Notes: generated by a model from the letters alone, not told the origin. A stretch of 64,000 nucleotides of DNA from an uncultured Enterobacteriaceae bacterium (GCA_964523895.1 CAZGBJ010000002.1:86898-150897), one strand, 5' to 3'. Numbered from the stretch's first letter, positions 1 through 11,118 are shown. Translations and numbers: made by a program.

Positions 1-1037
1 GCTTTTTCACCATACTCTCTGATTTTAGCTTCAATCTCTGCCAGAGATAATGCATCACCATCCCGTACTATAGGTACGACCAGACCTCTGGGAGAACTGA
101 CAGCAATACCGATATCGAAGTAACCATGATAAATGATGTTATCACCATCAACTGATGCATTAATGACAGGAAATTTTTTCAACGCTTCAATGACGACACG
201 TGTAAAAAAAGACATGAAGCCCAGTTTAATTCCGTGTGTTTTTTCAAATTCATCTTTATAACGTTTACGCATATCCATTACTGCTTGCATATTGACTTCA
301 TTGAACGTCGTTAACAGCGCATTTTCCTGTTGCGCACTGAGTAATCTTTCAGCGACTCGTTTGCGCAATCGTGTCATAGGTACTTTTTCTTCGGGCCGGT
401 CGCCGGTACTATTAGTCAAGACAGGCACGGGTGCAGCTTCCGTAGTTTTACTACTAGTGGATTCAATTTTTGCAGCAGGCGCTGGTTCTACAGGAGTAAT
501 TGCAGGGGCGGGAGTTTCAACCGGGGGTGCCACTGTTTTTTGCTCTGTTACGACGTCATTCTTATTACTCGTACTGTTACCGTCAATATAACGAAGTACA
601 TCTTCTTTAGTAATACGATCTGTTGTTGTCGGAATATCTGTTGCGTCAAGTTGATGTTCTTCCATGAGATTTCGAACAGCAGGACTTAATTTTGGTAAAT
701 CTGCTTCAGATAATTCTCCAGCTTTGGTATCCATTTCAGGAAGAGATTGTTGCTCAGGCTTTGATGTAGGTTCAGCATCCTCAGTTGCGCCCGCTTTTGC
801 CTCGGTATCAATGCGAGCGATAACTTCGTCGCTTAGAACAATTTCACCATCATCTTTTAATATTTCCAGAATAACGCCATCATTTAAAGCGGACACTTCA
901 AGCGTGACTTTATCAGTTTCTATATCAATTAAATTGTCGCCGCGTTTTACCTGATCTCCGGCACGCTTTTGCCAGGTCATTAATGTTGCTTCAGCGACGG
1001 ATTCTGCTAAGACAGGAACTTTGACATCAACTAGCAC
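1..1037 (-). CDS. sucB: Dihydrolipoamide succinyltransferase (2-oxoglutarate dehydrogenase E2), N-terminal part; 3' end lies beyond the window. The six-frame track misses it because the start is GTG.
   Basis: Minus-strand translation from the GTG at 1037, preceded by a GAGGAGAAG SD, gives VLVDVKVPVLAESVAEATLMTWQKRAGDQVKRGDNLIDIETDKV, a lipoyl-domain sequence. It sits immediately downstream of sucA on the same strand. Confidence 0.8.
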   Translation of the reverse strand, partial: MLVDVKVPVLAESVAEATLMTWQKRAGDQVKRGDNLIDIETDKVTLEVSALNDGVILEILKDDGEIVLSDEVIARIDTEAKAGATEDAEPTSKPEQQSLPEMDTKAGELSEADLPKLSPAVRNLMEEHQLDATDIPTTTDRITKEDVLRYIDGNSTSNKNDVVTEQKTVAPPVETPAPAITPVEPAPAAKIESTSSKTTEAAPVPVLTNSTGDRPEEKVPMTRLRKRVAERLLSAQQENALLTTFNEVNMQAVMDMRKRYKDEFEKTHGIKLGFMSFFTRVVIEALKKFPVINASVDGDNIIYHGYFDIGIAVSSPRGLVVPIVRDGDALSLAEIEAKIREYGEK

Positions 1038-1065
1038 GGTCTTCTCCTCTTTTATCTATCATAGA

Positions 1066-3909
1066 TCACACAATTTGTCTGTGTGTGGTTACTTCAAGTT
1101 TATCAATTTGTAATGCATTCGATACCAGTTCTTTTTGTTGAGCAAGATGAACTGGCATTAATCCCGTTGCTGGTGATGCAGAATAAAATCGCCCTGCATA
1201 ACCAAACGTGTGTTGTTTATTTAAACTACCAATCATAGTGCCTCTTGATTGCATGTAATACCAACTCCCCTGATTTTTTGGCTCCTCTTGTACCCATACG
1301 ACTTCTTTCAGTTTTGGATAGGAATTAATAACGGCTTGTATATCATCATGTGGGAATGGAAATAGTTGTTCGATTCGTGCAATCGCGATATTAGTGATTT
1401 CACTTTCACGTCGTTGTTCTAATAAATCGAAATAAACTTTACCACTACAAACTAGTAAACGTGTTATTTGTTCTCGATCAAGTTCATCTATTTCATCAAT
1501 TACCGTTTGAAATTTGCCATTAATTAAATCTTCTACCGGAGAAGTAGATAACTTTCTTCGTAATAAACTTTTTGGGCTCATGACGACAAGCGGTTTACGG
1601 TATGGGCGCAGAATTTGTCGTCGCAACATATGAAACATTTGCGCAGGTGTACTTGGAAAGCAGACTTGCATATTCTCTTCCGCACAAAGCTGTAGAAAGC
1701 GTTCCAGACGTGCTGATGAATGTTCTGGCCCCTGTCCATCATAACTATGAGGTAAGAGCATGGTCAATCCGCAATAGCGTCCCCATTTGGATTCACAAGA
1801 ACTAATGAATTGATCAAATACAACTTGTGCACCATTGGCAAAGTCACCGAATTGTGCCTCCCATATGACCAGAGAATTTGGTTCTGCACTACTGTATCCA
1901 TACTCATAAGCAAGCACAGCTTCTTCAGAAAGTGTTGAATTAATGACCAGAAAATTAGGTTGCCCCTTTTTTATGTGTTGTAGAGGTAAATGTTTTTGCC
2001 CGTCTTCCATATTATGTAGTACTGCATGGCGATGGAAGAATGTACCTCGGCCACTATCTTGTCCTGAGAGCCGAATCGGGTAGCCCGCATCGAGTAAAGA
2101 AGCATAAGCCATAGTCTCGGCAAAGCCCCAATCCATGAGCATCTCGCCTTTACCCATTTTTTCTCGGCTTTCAATTATCTTTTTAACGGCAGGACTTAAC
2201 TTAAAATTTTCAGGGATGTATGTGATCGATTCAGTCAATTTTTTAATAGCAGTTTTACTAATAGTCGTGTCGACCGCATGTTTCCATTCCGTTCCAATGA
2301 AATGTGAAAAATCGATCAGGTATTTTGGATTGGCATGTTCTGCATGCGTACCAGCAACACCCTTATTGCTTTCCAGTGAGTCGATATATTCTTTGACTAT
2401 TGCATCTGCATCATTTTGCGTAATAATGCCTTCAGCAATTAATTTATCCGTATGTAATTTGCGCACACCAGGATGATTTCGAACATGTTGATACATAATC
2501 GGTTGTGTTGACATCGGGTCATCAGCTTCACTGTGTCCATGTTTACGATAACAAACCATATCTATGACAACGTCTTTATTAAATTCCATCCTGAAATCAA
2601 GAGCGAGTTTAGTCACTAATACGACTGCTTCCGGGTCGTCGCCGTTAACATGGAAAATAGGCGCCTGAACCATTTTGGCAACATCAGTGCAATAAAGTGA
2701 TGAGCGTGAATCAAGAGGATCACTGGTGGTAAAGCCAATTTGATTATTAATAATGATATGTACTGTGCCGCCAGTGGTATAGCCACGCGTTTGCGAGAGA
2801 TTAAAGGTTTCCATGATGACACCTTGACCGGCGAAGGCGGCATCGCCATGAATTAACACAGGCAATACTTCATTGTGGCTATGATCGTTACGCCTATCCT
2901 GTCGTGCTCTAACAGAACCTTCAACCACGGGATCAATTATTTCAAGATGAGAAGGATTGAATGCCAGGGTTAAATGAACACTACCGCCAGGCGTGCTAAT
3001 GTCTGACGAATAGCCCTTGTGATATTTCACATCTCCCGAGCCGTTCGTGGTATCTATGGTCTTGCCTTCGAATTCATCAAATAATTCACTCGGCTTTTTA
3101 CCAATGATATTGACTAATACATTAAGTCGACCACGGTGAGCCATGCCAATAACCATTTCTTTAATATCTTGTGCTCCCCCCGATTGAATAATTTCATTAA
3201 GTAGAGGGATAAGTGACTCACCACCTTCTAGAGAAAATCGTTTTTGACCGACATACTTTGTGTGTAGATATTCTTCTAATGCATTTGCATCAATGACGCG
3301 ATCGAGTATGCGGATCCGTTCTTCTTTGTCGTAATCGGGTGTGGCAAGTGATTCTTCAAGACGTTTTTGTAGCCAGCGTTTTTGTTCGGTCTCATTAATA
3401 TGCATATATTCCGCACCGATGTGGCCGCAATACGTCGTTTTAATGATGTGGATGATTTCGCGCAGGGTGATTTCATCGGGCGCAAACAATGAACCTGAAT
3501 TGAAAGTTTTATCCATGTCTTCTTCAGTTAATCCGTGAAAAGCGGGATCAAGCTCAAGGGTATCGGGTCGTTGATATTGTTTTAGTGGATCCAGATCGCT
3601 TTGGCGGTGTCCATTAAAGCGATGTGCATTAATCAAGCGTAAAACAGAAGCCTGTTTTTGGTGTGAAATTGCATCAGCCGCCGGAGCCTGGCTCAATGTT
3701 GAATGAAGGCGATGTTTAGCGGCGTTGGCATACGCTTGTTGGACAGGGGTATGCGCAATATCTTTGGCTGACGATCCGTCTTGAAGAGAATCAAAATAGT
3801 CACGCCATTCCTGATCAATACTATCTGGTTTATTTAGATAGGTTTCATATAATTCTTCTACAAACCAGGCATTACCACTGTATAAGTGCGAAGGCACCGT
3901 ATTTTTCAT
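1066..3909 (-). CDS. sucA: 2-oxoglutarate dehydrogenase E1 component
   Basis: 947-aa ORF beginning MKNTVPSHLYSGNAWFVEELYETYL, with the typical OGDH E1 N-terminus and ThDP-binding regions. sucB follows downstream. Confidence 0.95.
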   Translation of the reverse strand: MKNTVPSHLYSGNAWFVEELYETYLNKPDSIDQEWRDYFDSLQDGSSAKDIAHTPVQQAYANAAKHRLHSTLSQAPAADAISHQKQASVLRLINAHRFNGHRQSDLDPLKQYQRPDTLELDPAFHGLTEEDMDKTFNSGSLFAPDEITLREIIHIIKTTYCGHIGAEYMHINETEQKRWLQKRLEESLATPDYDKEERIRILDRVIDANALEEYLHTKYVGQKRFSLEGGESLIPLLNEIIQSGGAQDIKEMVIGMAHRGRLNVLVNIIGKKPSELFDEFEGKTIDTTNGSGDVKYHKGYSSDISTPGGSVHLTLAFNPSHLEIIDPVVEGSVRARQDRRNDHSHNEVLPVLIHGDAAFAGQGVIMETFNLSQTRGYTTGGTVHIIINNQIGFTTSDPLDSRSSLYCTDVAKMVQAPIFHVNGDDPEAVVLVTKLALDFRMEFNKDVVIDMVCYRKHGHSEADDPMSTQPIMYQHVRNHPGVRKLHTDKLIAEGIITQNDADAIVKEYIDSLESNKGVAGTHAEHANPKYLIDFSHFIGTEWKHAVDTTISKTAIKKLTESITYIPENFKLSPAVKKIIESREKMGKGEMLMDWGFAETMAYASLLDAGYPIRLSGQDSGRGTFFHRHAVLHNMEDGQKHLPLQHIKKGQPNFLVINSTLSEEAVLAYEYGYSSAEPNSLVIWEAQFGDFANGAQVVFDQFISSCESKWGRYCGLTMLLPHSYDGQGPEHSSARLERFLQLCAEENMQVCFPSTPAQMFHMLRRQILRPYRKPLVVMSPKSLLRRKLSTSPVEDLINGKFQTVIDEIDELDREQITRLLVCSGKVYFDLLEQRRESEITNIAIARIEQLFPFPHDDIQAVINSYPKLKEVVWVQEEPKNQGSWYYMQSRGTMIGSLNKQHTFGYAGRFYSASPATGLMPVHLAQQKELVSNALQIDKLEVTTHRQIV

Positions 3910-4216
3910 GGGTTATTCCTTTAATTTTTGTTATTTATCACACCTTAGTCGTGCGTTTGGTTCAAAATTTCGAAAGAAATATTATAATTTTGTAATAAGG
4001 ACTCTAATTAAAATAAGTATCATCTCTAACTATAAGATTTCCTGAAAATAATTCCCATCGTTTTCATCTAATTTAAGCACATCAGTAGCAAATATCCATG
4101 CACAATTCAGGCCTAAGCATAATAAGGGGTCTTGCTGCAATGCCGTAAAGGCCTGTATGCTTGAGAAATTTAATATTCACAACTATAAATACAAGAAAAG
4201 ATTAGGGAGAAGTTCA

Positions 4217-5512
4217 ATGGCTGACACAGTCACGATTACTGATAACCGGACCGGAAAACAGGTCGATTGTCCGATACTGGATGGCGTATATGGTGCCCCG
4301 GTGATCGACACAAAGACACTTTATAAAGATCTAAATATGTTTACTTTCGATCCAGGCTTTGTGACGACAGCGGCATGTAAAAGCGCGATTACCTATCTGG
4401 ATGGGGAAAAAGGTATTTTACTTCATCGTGGTTATCCTATTGATCAATTAGCTGAAAACAGTTCCTATCTGGAAGTCTGTTATCTGTTGCTTTATGGGGA
4501 ATTACCTACAGAGACACAATTTAATGCATTTCGTACTAATCTTAATTCTCGTAATCTGGTACATGAACATCTTGAACGTTTTTACACGGGTTATCTGTAT
4601 GACGCGCACCCTATGTCGATGCTGATTGGTGTTACTGGAGCACTCTCTTCATATTATCACGAGGCAATGGATATCAATGATCCTGCTGATCGTGAACTAA
4701 CTGCAATTCGTATTATTGCCAAGATGCCAATTCTTGCAGCGCATTGTTATAAGCATTCAGTGGGACATCCTTTTGTCTATTCTCGAGATGATTTGGGTTA
4801 TGTTGAGAATTTTCTAAATATGATGTTTTCAGTACCGATGCGTGAATATGTGCCAAATCCAACAGCGGTTAAGGCTTTGAATTTAATGCTTATTTTGCAT
4901 GCTGATCATGAGCAAAATGCATCAACATCAACAGTAAGACTTTCGGGTAGTGCCGAGGCTAATCCCTTTGCCTGTATTGCTGCAGGTATTGTGACTTTAT
5001 GGGGCCGAGCCCACGGTGGCGCTAATGAAGCTGTTTTGAAAATGTTGGCCGAAATTGAAACGGTTGAGAATATTCCAAAATTTATTGAACGTGCTAAGGA
5101 TAAGAACGATCCATTTAGATTGATGGGTTTTGGCCACCGTGTTTATAAGAATTACGATCCTCGTGCGACCATTATCCGTCAGGTTTGTCATGATCTGCTG
5201 GAAGAAATTGATACTGTTGATCAACCTTTGTTTGATACGGCAATGGCGCTTGAAGAGATCGCATTAAAAGATGAATACTTTATTGAGCGTAAACTGTATC
5301 CCAATGTTGACTTTTACTCGGGTATTATTCTCAAGGCATTGAGTATTCCGACATCAATGTATACGGTTATGTTTGCTCTGGCTCGATCCGCTGGCTGGAT
5401 AGCACAGTGGTTAGAGATGATGGAAGATCCGGATTTCAAGATCGGTCGACCAAGACAATTGTATACGGGTTATGAATCAAGAGATTATGTCCCTATTGAT
5501 AAACGTGGTTAA
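4217..5512 (+). CDS. gltA: Citrate synthase (type II); start placed at the internal ATG that follows an AGGGAGA SD
   Basis: [15 protein letters not shown]...GYPIDQLAE...[14 protein letters not shown] are hallmark citrate synthase motifs. The gene is divergent from sucA. Confidence 0.9.
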   Translation: MADTVTITDNRTGKQVDCPILDGVYGAPVIDTKTLYKDLNMFTFDPGFVTTAACKSAITYLDGEKGILLHRGYPIDQLAENSSYLEVCYLLLYGELPTETQFNAFRTNLNSRNLVHEHLERFYTGYLYDAHPMSMLIGVTGALSSYYHEAMDINDPADRELTAIRIIAKMPILAAHCYKHSVGHPFVYSRDDLGYVENFLNMMFSVPMREYVPNPTAVKALNLMLILHADHEQNASTSTVRLSGSAEANPFACIAAGIVTLWGRAHGGANEAVLKMLAEIETVENIPKFIERAKDKNDPFRLMGFGHRVYKNYDPRATIIRQVCHDLLEEIDTVDQPLFDTAMALEEIALKDEYFIERKLYPNVDFYSGIILKALSIPTSMYTVMFALARSAGWIAQWLEMMEDPDFKIGRPRQLYTGYESRDYVPIDKRG

Positions 5513-5567
5513 AATTTTAGCCGTACTTTATAAAAATAAAATTGAGCTTTAAAAGGAGAGTGTTGTA

Positions 5568-6545
5568 ATGAAATCGCCTGTTCGTGTTGCTGTCACTGGA
5601 GCTGCTGGTCAAATTTGTTATTCGTTATTATTCCGTATTGCTTCCGGTCAGATGTTAGGCTCTGATCAACCGGTTATTTTGCAATTACTTGAAATCACAC
5701 CGGCGATGAAAGCATTGGAAGGTGTGGTGATGGAAATTGATGATTGCGCCTTTCCTCTGTCTGCTGGTTTTGTCTTGACGGATGATGTGAATACCGCGTT
5801 CAAAGATGTGGACTATGGTTTATTAGTTGGCGCAAAACCTCGTGGACCCGGCATGGAACGTAGTGACTTATTGGAGGCCAATGGCGGTATTTTTAAAGTT
5901 CAGGGAAAAGCATTGAACGATAATGCGAATGAAAATGTAAAGGTGGTGGTAGTCGGTAATCCAGCTAATACTAATGCAAGTACTGCGATGCTGAGTGCGC
6001 CCGATTTAAACCCTAGAAATTTTACGGCTTTGACTCGACTTGATCATAATCGTGCCTTGGCACAGTTAGCAGAACAAACGGGTTCTCAGGTAAGTGACAT
6101 TAAAAAAATGACGATTTGGGGTAATCATTCTACAACGCAGTATCCTGATATCAGTAATACGACTGTTGGCGGTAAAGCGGCAAAAGATCTGGTTGATGCG
6201 AGCTGGTATGAAAATGATTATATTCCTCGTGTTGCGAAACGTGGTGCCGAAATCATTGCAGCACGTGGTGCTTCAAGTGCGGCTTCTGCTGCAAACGGCG
6301 CTGTTGATCATATACATGATTGGGAATTAGGTACGCCTGATGGTGACTGGACCAGCATGGCCGTACCCAGTGATGGCAGTTATGGTATTCCAGAAGGCTT
6401 GATGTATTCATTTCCTGTGACTTGTAAGGACGGTGATTATTCTATTGTGCAGGGACTGGAAATTGATGAATTCAGTCAGGCAAAAATGGATGCGACTCAA
6501 AAAGAGTTGGAGGAAGAAAGAGACGCAGTAGCAAAAATGCTTTAA
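5568..6545 (+). CDS. mdh: Malate dehydrogenase (LDH-like, 325-aa type)
   Basis: [16 protein letters not shown] Rossmann N-terminus and an NAD-dependent MDH signature, preceded by an AAAGGAGAG SD. Confidence 0.9.
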   Translation: MKSPVRVAVTGAAGQICYSLLFRIASGQMLGSDQPVILQLLEITPAMKALEGVVMEIDDCAFPLSAGFVLTDDVNTAFKDVDYGLLVGAKPRGPGMERSDLLEANGGIFKVQGKALNDNANENVKVVVVGNPANTNASTAMLSAPDLNPRNFTALTRLDHNRALAQLAEQTGSQVSDIKKMTIWGNHSTTQYPDISNTTVGGKAAKDLVDASWYENDYIPRVAKRGAEIIAARGASSAASAANGAVDHIHDWELGTPDGDWTSMAVPSDGSYGIPEGLMYSFPVTCKDGDYSIVQGLEIDEFSQAKMDATQKELEEERDAVAKML

Positions 6546-6569
6546 GTTTAAGAAGTATTTAAAAATACA

Positions 6570-6606
6570 AAGCCTTTAACTAGAAATAGTTAAGGGCTTT
6601 TTTGTT
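6570..6606 (+). terminator. Rho-independent terminator of mdh
   Basis: Hairpin of about 12 bp (agcctttaacta / tagttaagggctt) followed by TTTTTTG. A second GC hairpin lies at 6619-6642 (gttcccgcgtaggcgggaaac). Confidence 0.6.
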
Positions 6607-6990
6607 TAGGTAATATGTCGTTCCCGCGTAGGCGGGAAACCAGTGGATAATGTTATCCCTATTGTTCTTAATATTTTGTATTCTACGTACTGTGCATTTC
6701 GCCTGACGGCGAGTCCACTGCTCTTTCGCATCCATGCGATCGCAGCATAAGTACATCCATGTACAAAACTTTTTTGCGTGGCCAAAAAGAACTAACGAAG
6801 AAAAAGGCCCCCAAATGTCTTGCCCTGCTGGTACCTTCTAGGCAATGATGACTATCGCGTTTTCACACAGTCTGGGTCGCTAGTAGTGTAAGTCATTATC
6901 TCAAACTAATAATAGGTCAGTTTTGTTTTTCTGCATTATTAAATGGTGATTGACACGGGTTTATTATGATGGGGTGGTTCAGCATAATTA

Positions 6991-7293
6991 TTATGCAATC
7001 AGTCTATTAGCGATATATTTTGGATCTTGTGCTGCGTGTATAACTGCTAATACAAAAATCGTATCATTCTCGATGGTATAAAAAACGATGTAGGGAAATG
7101 TGTGAGTAATTGATCTTCGGATTCCTTCATCGATTTCCTGATATTGGTGTGGATTGGATTTAATTCGATTTAAAGAATTCTCTATCTCATTCAGGAACCG
7201 CTCTCCTAGACCGTTGAGACGTTCTTCATAATCAACAAATCCATCCAGGATGTCAGACTCCGCTGACGATTTTACATGAAGCTTCCAGCTCAT
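6991..7293 (-). CDS. Type II toxin, RelE/ParE family
   Basis: 100-aa protein with a RelE/ParE-like sequence (…FPYIVFYTIENDTIFVLAVIHAAQDP). It overlaps the upstream antitoxin gene by 4 nt. Confidence 0.8.
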   Translation of the reverse strand: MSWKLHVKSSAESDILDGFVDYEERLNGLGERFLNEIENSLNRIKSNPHQYQEIDEGIRRSITHTFPYIVFYTIENDTIFVLAVIHAAQDPKYIANRLIA

Positions 7294-7505
7294 TTATTCA
7301 GTATTCTACCTTTTACCTCTTCCCAGGGTGATCCATCTTCAGGGTTAACCTTATGTTCAGACAATCTTTTCTTTAATAGCTCCAAAGTTGCTTCACTTAC
7401 TTCAATATTTTCTGGATTTTTTGCAATACTGTCCCAAATTTCTGCAACGAGTTCTATTCGTTCAGAGATTGGTAGCTCCAGGGTTTCAGCAATAGCTGGT
7501 TTCAT
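7290..7505 (-). CDS. Antitoxin (putative addiction-module component, TIGR02574-like)
   Basis: 71-aa protein MKPAIAETLELPISERIELVAEIWDSI, typical of this antitoxin family. It overlaps the RelE-like gene. Confidence 0.75.
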   Translation of the reverse strand: MKPAIAETLELPISERIELVAEIWDSIAKNPENIEVSEATLELLKKRLSEHKVNPEDGSPWEEVKGRILNK

Positions 7506-7567
7506 GTTTATAATTTAACATATTTACTTGGTAGATGTGATGAGTATAGCCTCTATATTAAGGCTGT

Positions 7568-8221
7568 CTATCTAAGACTAATCAACGGCCAGTTTTGTTT
7601 TTTTGCTTCTGCTACTAGAGTTTCATCTGCATCAATTGCAATCGCGTGGTCGACTTCTTTTAGTAATGGAATGTCATTATGTGAATCACTGTAGAACCAG
7701 GTCTCATCAAATGTTTGTCCGTAATTTTTTAACCAGTCATTAAACCTCGTTACTTTTCCTTCGGCGTAGGAAGGCGTGCCGACGACTTTACCGGTGTATT
7801 GACCATCAATTAATTCCGGTTCACAGGCAATTAAATTATCTATTTTAAACTCATTGGCAATGGGTTCGGTGATAAATCGATTGGTTGCCGTAACAATTAA
7901 TAATTCGTGACCTTTCTGACGATGTTCATCAATTAGTTCAATTGCTTTAGGTAGCATGATCGGTTTGATCTTTTCTTCAATATAATTTTTTCGCCATTCT
8001 TCTAATTGAAGTCGATCATTATCAGCCAGTACTTTTAACTGAAATTCCAGAAATGCATGAATATCCATAGTGCCGGCGACGTATTCTTCATAGAATCTCT
8101 CGTGGCCGGCCTGATAGGCCGCTGAATTAACATAGCCTTGCTCTGTCAGGTATTCTCCCCATAAGCAATCACTGTCTCCGGCGATTAAGGTATTATCAAG
8201 ATCAAATATAGCAAGTTTCAT
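7568..8221 (-). CDS. HAD-superfamily hydrolase (HAD-IB / phosphoserine-phosphatase-like)
   Basis: MKLAIFDLDNTLIAGDSD motif I and a downstream HAD fold. The track ORF begins at a TTG (8257); the ATG at 8221 gives the canonical HAD N-terminus. Confidence 0.75.
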   Translation of the reverse strand: MKLAIFDLDNTLIAGDSDCLWGEYLTEQGYVNSAAYQAGHERFYEEYVAGTMDIHAFLEFQLKVLADNDRLQLEEWRKNYIEEKIKPIMLPKAIELIDEHRQKGHELLIVTATNRFITEPIANEFKIDNLIACEPELIDGQYTGKVVGTPSYAEGKVTRFNDWLKNYGQTFDETWFYSDSHNDIPLLKEVDHAIAIDADETLVAEAKKQNWPLISLR

Positions 8222-8347
8222 GTTGTTGAATATTAAACAATTAAATAAAAACGCCAAGTTTAGAAGCTATTTCAAGCTAGGTAAATGAATTGCTTGTTTT
8301 GTTCTATTATTGGAGAATAAAGCTATGAACATATTTGGAATATTAGC

Positions 8348-8839
8348 GTGATTGATGGAGAGGGATTCCGAGCTAACGTTGGAATTATACTGACGAATAA
8401 TGATGGCCAGGTTTTTTGGTGTCGACGTTTGGGCGCTGATGCTTGGCAGTTTCCGCAAGGTGGTATAAAAAAAGATGAATCTTCTGAGTCAGCCATGTAT
8501 CGCGAGCTTAAGGAAGAAACAGGTCTTGAATCCGAACATGTGGAGATTGTTGGTTCTACTGATGATTGGCTGCGTTATTGGCTGCCGAAACGTTTTATTC
8601 GGCACAATACACATCCTTTATGCATAGGGCAGAAGCAAATTTGGTATTTATTGAAACTGATTGCTGATGAGAGTCATGTCAATCTGACTCATTCCGAAAA
8701 ACCTGAGTTCGATTTATGGAAATGGGTCGATTTCTGGTATCCGATTGATGAGGTTGTGTCATTCAAGCGTAATGTTTATGAACAGGCGCTAAAACAATTC
8801 GAACCGTTTATATTGAACAGTTTTGAACATAGTCAATAA
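8348..8839 (+). CDS. rppH: RNA pyrophosphohydrolase (Nudix)
   Basis: [15 protein letters not shown]...[28 protein letters not shown] is near-identical in pattern to E. coli RppH, including the Nudix box. GTG start. Confidence 0.9.
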   Translation: MIDGEGFRANVGIILTNNDGQVFWCRRLGADAWQFPQGGIKKDESSESAMYRELKEETGLESEHVEIVGSTDDWLRYWLPKRFIRHNTHPLCIGQKQIWYLLKLIADESHVNLTHSEKPEFDLWKWVDFWYPIDEVVSFKRNVYEQALKQFEPFILNSFEHSQ

Positions 8840-8856
8840 ATAGCTAGAGCTAGGAG

Positions 8857-9228
8857 TTATTGACTTTGTGAAGCTCGATAGCTCATCAGGTTTCTTATTA
8901 AATTATTCGCACCTTTGTTACTGATACTACTAACAAAACTGCTCATTGCTTCAGGTGGATAACCTCCCGCTACTAAAAGTTGATAGAGTTCTTCAAGATG
9001 AACCACACAATCTTTCATAGCATGATCAGCTACAACTCTAATATCTGGCTGGCTCTGAGCATGATTAAGAGCAGACTCTTGCAGGCAATCATTATAATCT
9101 GCTGACGATTCCCTGACCTTTTGATATTCTTCATTAGTCATCTGACCAACATTTTTACTTTCAGCAAAGACATTCAGACTAATAACACAAAGCATTGAAG
9201 CCAGAGTGAGAATGATTTTAGCGTGCAT
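8857..9228 (-). CDS. Hypothetical small secreted protein
   Basis: 123 aa with an N-terminal signal peptide (MHAKIILTLASMLCVISLNVFA). No recognisable domain. Confidence 0.5.
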   Translation of the reverse strand: MHAKIILTLASMLCVISLNVFAESKNVGQMTNEEYQKVRESSADYNDCLQESALNHAQSQPDIRVVADHAMKDCVVHLEELYQLLVAGGYPPEAMSSFVSSISNKGANNLIRNLMSYRASQSQ

Positions 9229-9260
9229 CTTATTTCCTCATATCATTTATATTCATTAAT

Positions 9261-10421
9261 ATGAACAACAATAACACGAAAGATTCAGTTTTTCATAAAA
9301 CTGATTTAATTACTCCTTCCTATATCTATGAGCAGGAAAAGATTTTTCATGTGCTTGAATTGCTTGCTGAGATAAAAGAAAAGACGGGATGCTTTATTCT
9401 TTATTCGATTAAATCGGCAAACGTGACAGGTTTATTGGAAATAATTAAACCTTGCGTTGATGGGTTTTCTTGCAGTTCATTATTTGAAGTAAAGCTGGCA
9501 AAAGAAATACTTGATGATAATCAAACGATTCATATTACAACGCCTGGTTATCGAAATGATGAAATGGATATGATTCTCGAAAACACTGATTACGTAACGT
9601 TGAATTCTAATACACAAATAAATATCTATTCTGAAAAAGTTAATAGCATCGCAAGTTGTGGTATTCGCATTAATCCGGAAATATCGTTTGTTCAAGATGA
9701 GCGATATGACCCTTGTCACATTCATTCAAAGTTAGGTATTTCATTGGACGACATTACTGATAAAAGAATAAATATTGACTGGCAGTCTGTTGAAGGACTG
9801 CACCTTCATAATAATTGCGAATCTACTAACTTTGATGAATTAAAACAAAGTGTTCAAAAAGTGATGACAGGAATATCCACTGATGAAATGAATTTAAAAT
9901 GGATTAACCTTGGCGGTGGTTATCTATTAAATTCTAAATCAGAATTGACTCCATTAACTGACACGATTAAATGGTTACAAGATCATTACGCCGTTGATGT
10001 TTACTTTGAACCAGGTAAAGCAATAACAGGCCATGCAGGTTATTTAGTTTCAAATGTAATTGATCTTTTTACCAGTGATGGGAAACAGGTTGTTGTGTTG
10101 GATACAGCGATAAATCATTTACCGGAAGTCTTTGAATACCAGTATCAACCAAAAGTTATGAATAGCTGTGACAAGGGTGATTATGAATACCGTTTGGCCG
10201 GTTGCAGTTGCTTAAGTGGTGATTTATTTGGTGATTATTTCTTTGATGAACCGCTATCAATAGGAAGTCGAGTCGTTTTTGAAAATATTGGTGCCTATAT
10301 GCAAGTAAAGGCAAATACGTTTAATGGAATTAACTTGCCGGCGACATACTTGTTGAATAATAAAAATGAGTTTGAATTAATAAAGCAACATGACTATGAT
10401 TTTTTTCGACGTCGACTATAA
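9261..10421 (+). CDS. nspC: Carboxynorspermidine/carboxyspermidine decarboxylase
   Basis: Motifs KWINLGGGY, EPGKAITGHAGYLVS, YRLAGCSCLSGD..GDYFFDEPL and KANTFNGINLPA match the CANSDC family. Confidence 0.75.
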   Translation: MNNNNTKDSVFHKTDLITPSYIYEQEKIFHVLELLAEIKEKTGCFILYSIKSANVTGLLEIIKPCVDGFSCSSLFEVKLAKEILDDNQTIHITTPGYRNDEMDMILENTDYVTLNSNTQINIYSEKVNSIASCGIRINPEISFVQDERYDPCHIHSKLGISLDDITDKRINIDWQSVEGLHLHNNCESTNFDELKQSVQKVMTGISTDEMNLKWINLGGGYLLNSKSELTPLTDTIKWLQDHYAVDVYFEPGKAITGHAGYLVSNVIDLFTSDGKQVVVLDTAINHLPEVFEYQYQPKVMNSCDKGDYEYRLAGCSCLSGDLFGDYFFDEPLSIGSRVVFENIGAYMQVKANTFNGINLPATYLLNNKNEFELIKQHDYDFFRRRL

Positions 10422-10575
10422 AATCATTCAAAATAAAACGGTATTTTTTAGTAGCAGAGTTTCCTGTATTCCTGACAGATAAAAATATACGTAAAGTATC
10501 ACGGCTATATATACGCTACTATGTAGCGAAAACTCTATTCATGATTTTGCATTAATATTTAAGGATTTCAAGGTT

Positions 10576-11118
10576 ATGTTATCCACTAGTAAAGTACTTT
10601 TTTTAGCATTTTTTGATATTTGTCGTTTGATCAAACGACCACAGGACATTGCCGAGTCAAAAAACTTATTAACACTTTGCGTGATTGTTTATGGTTTTTT
10701 ATCGATCCTGTTGGCGAGTTTGTCTTACCCTACTGATAAAGCCATGCTTGCCGGTGTTGTGGAAGTATCACTAATCATGCTTTTTTCTTTGGCGTTATTG
10801 CAAATTTGTGGAAAATCTTCGCGTTGGACACAGACGGTTACAGCATTGGTTGGCACCAATATCATTATTAGTGTTATTGCATTTCCTATTTACATTTTAA
10901 TCGGTGTAGGTGAGCTCAGTGAGCATGAATCCAGTACAGGTCAGAGTATAGGCTTGTTGTTACTTGCATCGCTGGCGTGTTGGAATATTGTTATCATGGC
11001 ACATATTTTACGACATGCTCTTGAAACTAACTTTGTGTTGGCAATATTTCTGGCCATTACTTATATCTGGATTATTTTTAGCTTTACGTCGGTAATCATG
11101 CCTATGGAGACGAATTAA
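10576..11118 (+). CDS. Hypothetical integral membrane protein
   Basis: 180 aa with 5-6 predicted TM helices. No recognisable family. Confidence 0.5.
   Translation: MLSTSKVLFLAFFDICRLIKRPQDIAESKNLLTLCVIVYGFLSILLASLSYPTDKAMLAGVVEVSLIMLFSLALLQICGKSSRWTQTVTALVGTNIIISVIAFPIYILIGVGELSEHESSTGQSIGLLLLASLACWNIVIMAHILRHALETNFVLAIFLAITYIWIIFSFTSVIMPMETN

Noticed and set aside
292-954. Plus-strand ORFs 292-591 and 664-954
   Set aside because: They are antisense to a clearly recognisable sucB (lipoyl and E2 catalytic domains on the minus strand). Their translations are Ser/Ala/Val-rich and low-complexity, with no start context.
6600-6990. Possible prophage or integrase remnant, or a non-coding RNA gene, in the 390-bp gap after mdh
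   Set aside because: No ORF of 60 aa or more, no integrase or recombinase motif, and no tRNA- or tmRNA-like cloverleaf or conserved ncRNA signature recognisable by eye. Only two palindromic hairpins were seen. Kept only as the putative cargo part of the TA mini-island.
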